Below are positions 26,846-37,695 of a stretch of 64,000 nucleotides of DNA, in pieces. Made by a program: the position numbers and the translations under genes. Under the pieces are notes generated by a model. That model saw only the letters and a list, made by a program, of their open reading frames with translations. It did no database searches and was not told the DNA's origin. Each line of letters starts with the position of its first letter. Within the stretch, counting starts at the first letter, position 1. Source of the DNA: Balanoglossus misakiensis. Its lineage: Eukaryota > Animalia > Hemichordata. The stretch spans positions 7,586,059 through 7,650,058 of the forward strand of contig CM082581.2 of the NCBI GenBank assembly GCA_040954595.2, given 5' to 3'.

Positions 26846-29410
26846 GGGGGGTCACATACTTTTGCTACCGAACTTTTGCTTTTGAGTCCAAAAAATTGCA
26901 GTTTCGCGCCCTTTATTTTACAAAATTTTCTAATGTGGGAGGGGGACAACCCCTCCCACACCCTTCCCCTCCGCCACATTTCAATTTTTGCTGGTTTGTC
27001 TAGTGTACCAGGGCAGATTTCTTGCCACACCACCCCGATGCTTACTTTGAGTGGAGTTGCAAAATTAAAATTTGTCCTCCCTAACATTGAGTTAATTTGC
27101 TTTTCAGTTCATTAAAATGCAACTTTGAGCACCGTATTTTACAAAATTTTCTTATGTGGGAGGGGGACACCCCCTGCCACTTTTCTTGTTTTACCAATTC
27201 TAGCAACTATTGTATTGACTTGTCATTTTTATTTGTTCATAGATTTCTTTATTGCAATGATATACTATTATATACTTCAATTACTTTAAGAAATTTATAA
27301 TTCAGGTGTGAGGAGCCTCATTCCCTTTATTGCATACAGTGTACATAGGATCAGGACGGCGAATGTTTTTGGCGTGGGGGGGGGGGGTCATCATACTTTT
27401 GGGTCTGTCAAAGGGGGGGGGGTCATCATTTTTTGCTCCTGGGTGAAGGGGGGGTCGGCCTGATTTTGAAAACCGGTGACACAAACTTGCCGCCCCCCCC
27501 CCCTTGCCGTAAAAACTGAACGGTCCCTAATAGCAATAAAACACCCCCAGCCATGGTATATACCACGAGATTTTGACCAGTTCAACTCCATATACGCACT
27601 CACTATCGCTCGTGCGTATATGTCGTGAACTGGTCAAAATCTCGTGGTATACCATGGCTGGGGGTGTTTTATTGCTTAAATAAATTTGATAAAGTTTTCT
27701 AATAAATAAATGGTATATTTCTGAAATTAGTATATTTACGGAAATGTTTGCACTGCATTTATTGGTCTCAGAGAGACCTTACTAGACTACACCAGCGGAC
27801 ATTTAGCAGTTTATATTGCACTTGAACTATTTAAATTGAAAGACTTTATTTTATTTTAATTTAATTTAATTTAATTTAATTTAATGATAATTTATTACTG
27901 ATTTGCATGTTTTATATTATCACATTACCATTAGTTCATATCGGGTATTTAGATCAAATAATTTTGCATGAAATTTGGTTTGCAGGTTCCTGTGGATGAT
28001 TAATTAATTTCAGGTCAAAATTTCACAAAACAGTTTGTGTTGAAAAGTTTTTGTGTGGGCAAAATCAAGCTTAATTTTCTTACTCGCTAGATGAGGATTC
28101 ACAGTTCTTGGTATTGAATCCCAAATCTGTTGCAGTGATTGGCAATTCCTTTATTTGAAGTGGAGTCCCTTTCCAGCATGGGACTCTTGGCCATTCCTCC
28201 CCATTTATGTTAGTCAAGCCATTCAAAAACATTTTAACGATTTCAACTGGTACCCATTTTATGTTAAGTTCTTTAGGTGATTATTAAAATGAGCATAATT
28301 TATGCAACGAAGTTAATTATTTGATGAGACTTGTACAGTCTTATAGAGTGGATATGTGTGTATCAAAGCTGGTATGTGACTTGGATGCACACTCAACTGG
28401 GAGCACCAGCAGACAGTGGTATATTATAGTATAAAAGGAGTGAAATTATATGCACATTTTCTGATATCACATTCTTTTCAGATATAAATGTTTTATTATT
28501 ATTATTATTATAATTATAATTATTATAATTATAATTATTATTGAGTTGATTGTCATCGCAATGAACGTCCTGTATCTTTCTGCAGTTTATAATGCATGTT
28601 ATTTGCAAAACATTTTTCTTACCAATTATTGGTGTCTAAAGCGCCCTCGCACATCGCACACTGTTCAACCAGGAAGTTCAGTGCACTGTGTGTAGTCGAG
28701 ACGGCGATCGTATTTTTCGTCTGGATTTTTTATCCTTGGCGGGGATTTTCCAGCAAATTATGAAACTTTATCATTTTCTACAGTCTAATTGAGGTAATAT
28801 GTCAGTCCTTTGTCCGAAATTGAAGTTTTAAAGTGTATTTCGAGATTTGTCTGCTGCGATCCCTGCCAGAGTTTTGTCTGCTGGGTTTTGTCTGCCCACT
28901 TCAGCCGAGTCCGACTCGCCGGTCGGTGTCGATTCCACTCGTGTCAACGGCATCGCGTTCGTGCAAAGGTTGATTCATGACTGAGTTTGTCGCGAAATCT
29001 TTGGTTAAACGGAGTTGTCATGAACCGGGTAAGTCGGTCGGCAACGATGGAACTTTGTGCGGAATGCGGACGAGATGACACTGACAGTCTAGTATCAAAA
29101 TAAACGTAACACGAGTACGTACGTGCGTATACGGTTTTGTTGTGTCATGTGACGTGTCACGTGATCCTACACACGATTGACTTACATGTCCACATGCACG
29201 GCTTATGATCGTTGTGACTAGTCCAGTGTCGTTCGAGTGACACTGTGTACAGTATTACGACACGTTTTATTAAAGTCTGCAGTTTATAGCGAATGGTAAT
29301 AAACGTTTTGTAGGCCGATCGAGTGGCTGACACAATGCTTGTAAGAAGTGCTTTTGTCAAACTTGTGTCAAAGGTCACAGTCCCGTCCATAATGAAGGTG
29401 GTATGCTCTG

Positions 29411-29490
29411 TAGTCTCGGTTACCCAGACCCCTCTGCTTCTTCTGGAGTGCCCAACGGAAGAAGCAGAGGGGTCTGGGTAACCGAGACTA
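29411..29490. mobile_element. 80-bp hairpin MITE (TAG...CTA termini, AcademH-like)
   Basis: 33-bp perfect arms TAGTCTCGGTTACCCAGACCCCTCTGCTTCTTC; flanks TATGCTCTG / TATGATCTT resemble a decayed 9-bp TSD. Confidence 0.75.
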
Positions 29491-30292
29491 TATGATCTTA
29501 GTATGTTTATATGGGAAGGCTACCAACTGGGAAGATTTGAAATAGTGCACATCCATATAACAAGTATCTGACTAGGTAACCGTAGGTGGCGTCGTAGCCT
29601 GGGTATGCACACGGTGGCGTTTGTATCACGTTTATACATGTCCAATATTGTATTCTACCATAATAGAGATGATGCACTTTATCTCTAAAATTAAGAAAAC
29701 AAGTGTACGTGTTGTTTCCAGTTGTGTGGAAAGGAAATGATTAATAATAAACATGATTTAATTGAAACCCGTCGAGTGAAGGCAGTTAGACTTCTACAGA
29801 GAGAACATGGGGTGGAAGGGTTAAATGGTATCTGGACAGTCAACTTCTGTCCCATCCACCAGTTTTAGCCTGAGGGTAATTGACCTAGTATGCTAAACAG
29901 ATAACATTTTGTATAGTTGTCGACGCAAGTTTATTTTTACAGCACTCCATACTTATAGCCTTTAACCAAAACTGTGTCGTCTTTTTAAAAAATGCATATC
30001 TTTGGTGACTGAATATTATACCCCATACGGGTAAACTGTTATGCCCATACATGACCACAGATTCATCGAGCACTCACGCTTGACTCCCTCGCCATACTAT
30101 AGCCTTGGTCTACGATAACTTAAATTTCCATATAGGCCTACTATAGTATAGGTGTTGTCTACTTTGTTTAGTCTCTAGGTCAGCGTCATTGAGCACATAC
30201 TGACATACCGAATTTTGTGCATGTGAACTGTGAAATGTCGATTCGGGTTATCCGAGGATTGACTTAGGATATCTCTCGAGATCGTAGTGACA

Positions 30293-33204
30293 ATGAGTGT
30301 CGCGGCGACGGTGGACGTGGACAGGTATCGAGATTCGGTCGTCGAAGCCTACGCACGAATCAAGGACTACACGAGAAGAACGCCCCTGGAGCCGTCGCCG
30401 GTGCTCGGTTCCAGGAGCGGAGCCAACGTTTACCTCAAGTTAGGTAAGTTTTGGAATATTTTGAAATGGACGTACACAAATAACAGGACCATTCCTGATC
30501 GGGGTATATCGAATAGGGTTTGGTGTTTTGACATTGTGTGACCTTGTGCATATGTCCGACATTTCACAGTTCAACGCGACGTCGTAGCCCGGATAGCAAT
30601 AAGTTTTCCGGTTGTATGGTTCGAGAGAAAACATTCACTGCCCATTGTATTACGTCTGTTGTCCTCGCGTACTACAACGCAAAAACGTACATGTATATAA
30701 TGACATTATTCTGGATAGACAGCATTAAATTGTCCGCTTTCGATATGAAAACAGAACATCAGCTTATAAATAAACCATTTATATATTGGTACATGATGAG
30801 ACAAACTATATAATGAATGATTAGTGTCCATGTTGCCTTACAGAAAGTGAACAAGTGACGGGCGCTTTCAAAGCAAGAGGAGCCTTCAATAAAATATCAA
30901 TACTACGCAGCAAAAGCAGCAGTGCAATAAGAGAAAAGGGACTGATTGCGTCATCGAGTGGTAACCATGGCATTGCATGCGTGAGTTCCAGATATCAGTC
31001 ATTTCGGGGAAAAAGTCAATATGTCCGTTTTCTAGTAATTTTTCAGTACATGCAGAATGTAATGAAATTGACCAGACTTTCGTATCCAAAGCACATACAC
31101 ACACGTACTCTCTCTTCATTCACATATTCATTTCAACCATTTACGAAGAACTTCTCTCGTCCCACAGGCATATGCTGGTGAGATGTTCAATTTGAAAACG
31201 ACCGTGTATGTTCCCCTATATGTGTCTGCAGCTAAAGAAGAAATGCTGAAAAGATACGGTGCGACCATCATAAAACACGGCAATGATTGTTTTGATACTG
31301 ACACAACAGCCAGGCGAAATGCTCAGGTATCTTTCTCTGTTGTTTTTAGATTTTAATTCTCACATAAAAGTGCATTCATAGGCTTGGTATAATTCTTTTA
31401 ACCCTTTCACCACCATGGTTCAGTCCAAACCCATATACATGTATATGGTAAGTTTGGACCCCTAAAGAGTGAACTGGGGGTTAAAGGGTTAAAAGAGACA
31501 CGAATAGCTGGCCAATTTTAAACTTGATCACTGAACCTCCGTCACCCTGCCTGTCTTTGCTGGCGAGAAATCACCGGGAAGGTTTCGACAATGCAATGTG
31601 AACTATTTTTTGTTACTGCACATCACACAGGTCGCCGGAATAGATTACATTGCTCCATGCAATGATTACGATGTACTGTGCGGTCAAGGAACAATCGGGT
31701 ACGTTAATCTACACTTGTGCTCCCGCGTACCAATGACTTAATATTGAGTATGTGTGTTCGTTCGTCTGTCTGTTTATGCCTATCAAAAAAATAAAATGTG
31801 TCTATATATGTAAAATGGAATGCTGTACCACACGTGTTTAGTGATTTCAGTACACGTTTCTACTGTTCGCATTTAGTTTGGAGATCTATGAAGATTTGCC
31901 CGATGTGGACGTCATATTTGTACCGGTCGGGGGAGGAGGGTTGATGGCTGGATTAGCGAGTTACTTCAAGGCTGTCAAACCAACAACGCAGGTAAACCAT
32001 TTAAGCTAGTCTCTCGTGTGCAGCCAGAAAAGACGCAGTGAATATATTGTATTTTGTTTCAGATGCTACCATTCGCTGCTACCCATTGGCTTTGTACGAT
32101 CCATTGTAGCATCACACACTATTTTTTCTTCTTCTCAATTTTAAGAAAATCAAAATGGCCGACAATCTCTGTGATAAGTCTATCGAGATAATTTTCTTGA
32201 AAACAAGAAGGTGAACACTGTGATTTCTTCTTTCCGAAAACCTTTTATAATCGTTTAACGTCGTCATCACCAGATAATTGGTTGTCAGCCTGAAAAGAAC
32301 CATGTGATGGAGTTGAGTGTCAAGGCTGGTACGGTTCTGAACATCCAGTCTGAAGATACTATCTCGGACGGAACTGCTGGTGGAATTGAGGAAAATATTG
32401 TAAGTTGTTCAACATACTGCAACGCGAAGTGAAAACCGACGGCTACTGGGCCCTTCTGAGCATTTTTTTTTTCAAATGATAATCTGCACAAGCGCACAGC
32501 CGGACACCTGATGACACTAGAAGTACACTATGTGGGCCTACAATTTTAATGACACGTTCAAGTCATCGATACGAATTATTTGTGGTATCTGTTTTGCTAG
32601 GTGACTTTTGATATATGCAAATCGTGTGTTGATAAATGGGTTCTGGTGTCAGAGGACGAAATTAGTGAAGCTGTTTACCTCATGCTGGAGCGCCACCACA
32701 AGGTATGGCTTCCTTCGTTTAATTTTACAGACCTTTCAAGTAAACAAAATACGTACAAAATAGTGTCAGTAGAGCGTAAACACATTTGAAGAAAGTCTCA
32801 GCTTGTCTCGTGGATTAGAAGATTACTTTCTTTAAGAAACTGCGTCATCAACACGTGGACTTTGGCATGGTCGTGGAAGAAAATATAATTTTATGCAGAC
32901 TCTGTGTGTATTTGAAAAGCTGAAGACGATAGCTAGCAGTGTTATTCAAGCTGCAAAGTAAAGCTCTGAATGCTGCAATGTCGTACATGCCGCGGCAAGA
33001 TTCAGTTTTGTTTTTCGCTAAAAGAATTTGAACGTAGCACTTTTTTATCAACAGGTAATTGAAACATCTGCCGCCCTGTCTATTGCTGCGTTTTTGAAGA
33101 CATCCGGGGAATACAAAAATAAGAACGTCGTCTTGCTCATAACTGGATCCAATATCAGTATGGAAACGTTAAAATGGATCATAGATAAACATTACACAGA
33201 GTAA
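30293..33204 (+). CDS. PLP-dependent serine racemase / threonine dehydratase family protein, paralog 1
   Basis: Exons 30293-30443, 30844-30980, 31168-31326, 31631-31698, 31877-31991, 32274-32399, 32601-32702, 33055-33204; motifs RTPL, LKLESEQVTGAFKARGA (PLP lysine), SSGNHG, GQGT, PVGGGGL, TGSN; no ACT domain. Confidence 0.93.
31402..31488. mobile_element. piggyBac-like MITE in intron 3 of paralog 1
   Basis: TTAA-CCCTTT...AAAGGG-TTAA. Confidence 0.7.
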
Positions 33205-33841
33205 GGTGTGCTGCATTTTACCAGCACGGTTTGTTCGAAGCTACACAAACGTTGATATCTCGAATGGATGATAAGTTAACACAAACTTCTCACTTTTGTC
33301 CGAAAGCTAAATCACTCGTACTACCAATTGATGATTGGAATTGAAGCTTACAGAATTTCAGTACGTTCAATTCAAACTAAATGTGCAGTCACTTGAGTCA
33401 TAAACGAAGACAAACTTGTAATAAAAATAATGTTTATATATTGGAAGGAAACTAAGCGTAGTAATGATTATTTTACATCCGATGTCTACAGATTTCTATC
33501 AAATTGTCCTGGATTCCTTAATCACGGATCGGAGTTGCACGCATGTTCAAACGTTTTTGAACGTAAAACTCATACTTGACCGTCGAGCCAAGCGTGTAGA
33601 AGCTACAAGGTTTAATCATCTCTGTCGTTCACTACAACGAGTTAATTTTTGTAGGAAGCTCAAACTTATTGCACATTTTGTGGATGCTTTGCACGTTTCT
33701 GGGTTGCGCCCTCCAGAGGTGATTGCGAGTGCGACCCTGCCTTCCGTATCACTGAAGGAAGGCGATCAAAAAACAACATTGCAGTACAGTTGTCTACAGA
33801 CGTCCATTGAATCTAGCATAATATTCGGAACGTCGACAAAA

Positions 33842-36659
33842 ATGAGTGTCGCGGCGACTGTGGACGTGAACAGGTATCGAGATTCGGTGGTCGAAGCCTA
33901 CAGACGGATCATCGATTTCACAAGGAAAACGCCTCTAGAGCTGTCGACAGTGCTCGGTTCCGGGAGCGGAGCCAAAGTATATCTCAAGCTTGGTAAGTGT
34001 ATTTCTGAAACAGTCTATGCAGATATACAGGGCTTCACGCAAAGCAGCTTGACCCAGGTGTGCGTGGCTTACAAAGCATTTCAAACACCTCGGTTATGTA
34101 AATAGGACGTGTGTTGTTGAGGGTTCAAAGTGCGCATTTACTGCCGTGATAAGTGCTGTACATCATTACATATGGTTGCTATCCGGGTCAAAGTATTACA
34201 GGGGTCGTTGTCGATGACTTTATGTATAGTAGATATCCTACATCCGTGTCATGCCTGCTGATGAAATCCTTATGGGTGTCTGTCCATCATTTGTATGTAT
34301 GTATTTTGGTGTTTGATCTGAATTGGGGTTCTCTCTGGAAATCAGTTCATATGACAGAAGAAGAGAACCAGTATAAGGACAAAGATTAACGAACCACGAA
34401 CGGAGGAATTCGAACGAATGAAGGAAGGAAGGAATAAATAGATCTTCCCGAGAGTGCAATGCATGTGTACGGCACTGTACCTAGGCTAGGGTAACCCTTA
34501 TGGTGATAATCTCCCACCTTCATTGTTGGTGTACAATTTTGACGCTGACGCATAGAAACATCCAACACAGAATTCCGCCCCATAACCTTCTGAAATGCGG
34601 TAGATTTATAAACGTCGTTTTTTTCTTCTTCAGAGAGTGAACAAGTAACGGGCGCCTTCAAAGCAAGAGGTGCCTTCAACAAATTCTCAATACTATGCGG
34701 AAAAAGCAGTAGTAATATAAAGGGAAAGGGAGTGATTACGTCATCAACCGGGAACCACGGCATTGCATGCGTAAGTAGCATATTCCAAAGAGTTTGTAGT
34801 ATGAAATGTTAAGACAACCAATTCTAAAAACGTACGTACCTTATTGTACCACATAAATCGAATGCAAAACTGGCCTTTCCGTATTCATCAATGACGCGTG
34901 GGCAGAATTATCAATTTGCCCGAACTGATAAACGGTTAATTATACCAAATTTACCCATCTTCGTTCCCACAGGCATATGCTGGCCAGATATTCAACGTCA
35001 AGACAACTGTCTATGTGCCCGTAAACGTGGCAGAAGTTAAAGAAGCGACACTGAAAAGATACGGCGCAGAAATCATAAAACACGGCACCGACTGTGTTGA
35101 CACCGAAACTACGGGCAGACGAAAGGCTCTGGTAGCTGGGGTCGAATTTATATCTCCATACAATGATGATGATATTGTATGTGGTCAAGGAACGTGTGGG
35201 TAAGTAGCTCATATTTGTGTTTTCGTTTGCATTTGTAGTGTTCTCCTCATGGTTTCATCTGAGTGACATGAGCGTTTTTAGGTTCTGCTCGAGCTCATCA
35301 TAAAACGCACGAGAGATGCTGTTGTTTAAATCTAATTGTGTTATCTTGGAGCTTGCTTTGCGTTATGATAAACGCAAAATGTGATACTTCCAGCTTAGAA
35401 ATCCACGAGGACCTGCCCGACGTGGATGCGATTTTTGTACCCGTCGGAGGGGGAGGGTTGATATCTGGAATAGCCGCCTACATCAAAGCCGTCAAACCAT
35501 CAACTCAGGTAAGCCCCCTCAGGTACATGTAAATATGTTCGCGGTGCGTGATGTGATTGGACAAGGAAACGGCTGCGTATTAGTCATTCTTCTCGGCAGC
35601 AAATGACATTTCGAATACCCCGCCATTGCTTCGGTATAAATGTAGTACTTATTTGCAAAGCTGTCGTGTCCAGATAATCGGCTGCCAGCCTGAAAAGGAC
35701 CACGTGATGGAGTTGAGTGTCAAGGCCGGTGAGATACTGGACGTCGAGTCCGAAGCTACCATCTCTGATGGAACAGCTGGCGGAGTGGAAGAGAATTCTG
35801 TAAGTCCTCAAATGTTCTGGTTAAGATTACTTATTATTAATTCATGGAAATATCTAGAAATATCCTTTGTAACATCAGTTTCGTATTAGGATCGCCACTT
35901 TGACATTATGAAGTTTTCTCTGAAAAGTATAACAAGCGTCTCTACATAATCATCGGTTTGGTGGCGCTTTTGCAAGCATGGCAAAATCCAGGTAGTGCCA
36001 ATAAACGAAATATGCATATCATGTGATTTCTTTTGTTGTCTGTTTTCTCTAGGTGACCTTTGATATATGCAAATCGTGCGTTGATAAATGGGTTTTGGTA
36101 TCAGAGGAAGAAATTAGTAGATCTGTTTATTTTATGATAGAGCATCACCACAAGGTACGTCTTATAACCTTATATGACGCATAGTGAGATGCAACAATAA
36201 AATCATGGAAACAAAATAAGAGATTTAACGTATTTTATTTTATGTAGAATGGTGACTGAACCACAGTCAATCCACACTGGCCGTATTGTCTCTGAGAAGC
36301 ACGGCCCGCTAGGATCTGTGTTTATATTGATCTCTCGGAGCATAATATATCTTTTGCTCTTGCAAGTACATTGCGTCAAGATATAAAACTACAACAACTA
36401 ATTGAATGTCTGCTTTAGCCAATAATACAAGCATTATATTTGAACTTATGCCCATGGTGTCTTCTACTTATAGAACGTCTAAGATCACATACTTTTTTTT
36501 AATTCACAGATAATTGAAACATCGGCTGCCTTGCCCATTGCCGCATTCTTGAAGACCGCGGATGAATACAAAGATCTGAACGTTGTCTTGGTCCTCAGTG
36601 GTTCCAATATTAGCGTGGAAAGGATAAAGGGGATTATAGATAAACATTATCCAAGTTAA
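33842..36659 (+). CDS. PLP-dependent serine racemase / threonine dehydratase family protein, paralog 2
   Basis: Exons 33842-33992, 34634-34770, 34973-35199, 35394-35508, 35674-35799, 36053-36154, 36510-36659; GAFKARGA, STGNHG, PVGGGGL, SGSN; collinear with paralog 1. Confidence 0.93.
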
Positions 36660-37695
36660 AAAATATTACAAGCTGTATCATAACATACTAGTATATACTC
36701 TAGTGTATGTGTAGTATTCTTAACCGTATCCTGGTAAATGCAATTGTATAGTATCGCATTGTATTTTACTCTTAAAGCGACCCAGTCGCCCGGCCCTGGG
36801 CGCAATGCAAGATTTTGTGTTTGTAGTTCATTACAAAGCTTGCAGCCCACTGTTGTTTACGCATTTGAATAAAACGACCTCGCAGGTAGGTTTGGTGCCA
36901 TTGGGATGTATCCCTGTAGAAAATTCAACAAAGATACATGTTATATTAAAATATGCAAATATTGTATCAGATGTTCACTTTGCATTCTTTTAAGAGGCTG
37001 ATTGTTACTTGTGAAACATATACGATTTTCTTCTGTGAATATTTGAATTATTCCAGTTCTGTCATAACATTTCCTACAAAACTGCATAAGAAGGGTAATG
37101 GTGTTCAGTTGTTGTTATTTTTTTTAATTTCCAAATGCAGTGTATGTCATGACCTTTGAGGCTTTACTAAATGTCACATTAAAGGGATCAAAATTATTAA
37201 ATATACAAAGATGACCGAAACATGCCGGAAGCTTAGATCTCGTCCTTAAAGTTGTCTTTTCTGAATGACCACACTTACCTCTTCATCATGACTTGTCATG
37301 TCAGTCACATTCCTGTTCGTTGAAACTGGATGTAAATATGGACTCTCATGAGTTTCGACTTGGGTGGTCGTCTTTGATCACCAACACCGTCAAGCGAGTT
37401 TTAATAGAAAACGAAAGTGAAATCATGTTCAAAAAATGATCCTAACATTATTAAACTCTTTGTAGCCCGCAAGATGGAGTAGCCAGTGAGGGAACTGCCA
37501 GAGAGCAGAGTCACAAACAAACGGGAATAGACTTTATACGCACGTATGACTATTTTGTTTATGACGTATTTTGTTTGTTCCACTGTGCTATTGTATTCCG
37601 GGTTTCACTTCTTTAAAACTTCGTTTTTAGGCAATGGTTAATAAGCAAGAAATGTTTCTGTACACTTCAAGTGAAAACTATATATATAAACTCAC

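Larger units (their letters stand above)
24706..27527. mobile_element. PIF/Harbinger-like non-autonomous element
   Basis: TIR GGGACCGTTCAGTTTTTACGGC / GCCGTAAAAACTGAACGGTCCC; TAA TSD at 24703-24705 and 27528-27530, confirmed against the empty site in copy 1. Confidence 0.88.
24537..27681 (+). mobile_element. Hairpin element copy 2, split by a PIF/Harbinger-like insertion
   Basis: 5' half 24537-24705 and 3' half 27528-27681 rejoin to the sequence of copy 1 (ATAATATAATAGCAATAAA junction). Confidence 0.88.
21425..28910. mobile_element. 7.5 kb non-autonomous Mutator/Foldback-like DNA transposon
   Basis: About 130-bp TIRs starting ACTCGGCTGAAGTGGGCAGACAAAACCCAGCAGAC; exact 9-bp TSD CCGACTCGC at 21416-21424 and 28911-28919; no transposase ORF; superfamily inferred from TSD/TIR length only. 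Confidence 0.9.
18690..28978 (-). pseudogene. Acidic, probably disordered 292-aa orphan protein gene; this allele is disrupted by a transposon in coding exon 1
   Basis: Exon 1 = 28978-28911 + 21415-21379 after removing the element and one TSD (105 nt, MNQPLHERDAVDTSGIDTDRRVGHSAQCIESSVET, donor GTGAGT); exon 2 19644-19508; exon 3 19326-18690; phases 0 and 2 match; ends ENLFLWQWHDNF. Confidence 0.7.

Noticed and set aside
24881-27115. ORFs sharing MLSPHTTSDQLQLEISLNS and similar peptides on opposite strands
   Set aside because: They are the two arms of TIRs read in opposite directions; no transposase motifs
31327-31630. Possible second U12 intron (GTATCTTT donor)
   Set aside because: Deviates from GTATCCTT and has no TTCCTTRAC branch site near the acceptor
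33464-33841. N-terminal extension of paralog 2 in the ORF track
   Set aside because: Similarity to paralog 1 begins at MSVAATVDV (33842); upstream frame looks like open intergenic sequence
37230-37420. Terminal exon of IgSF receptor A
   Set aside because: Several frames/acceptors possible; none could be chosen with confidence
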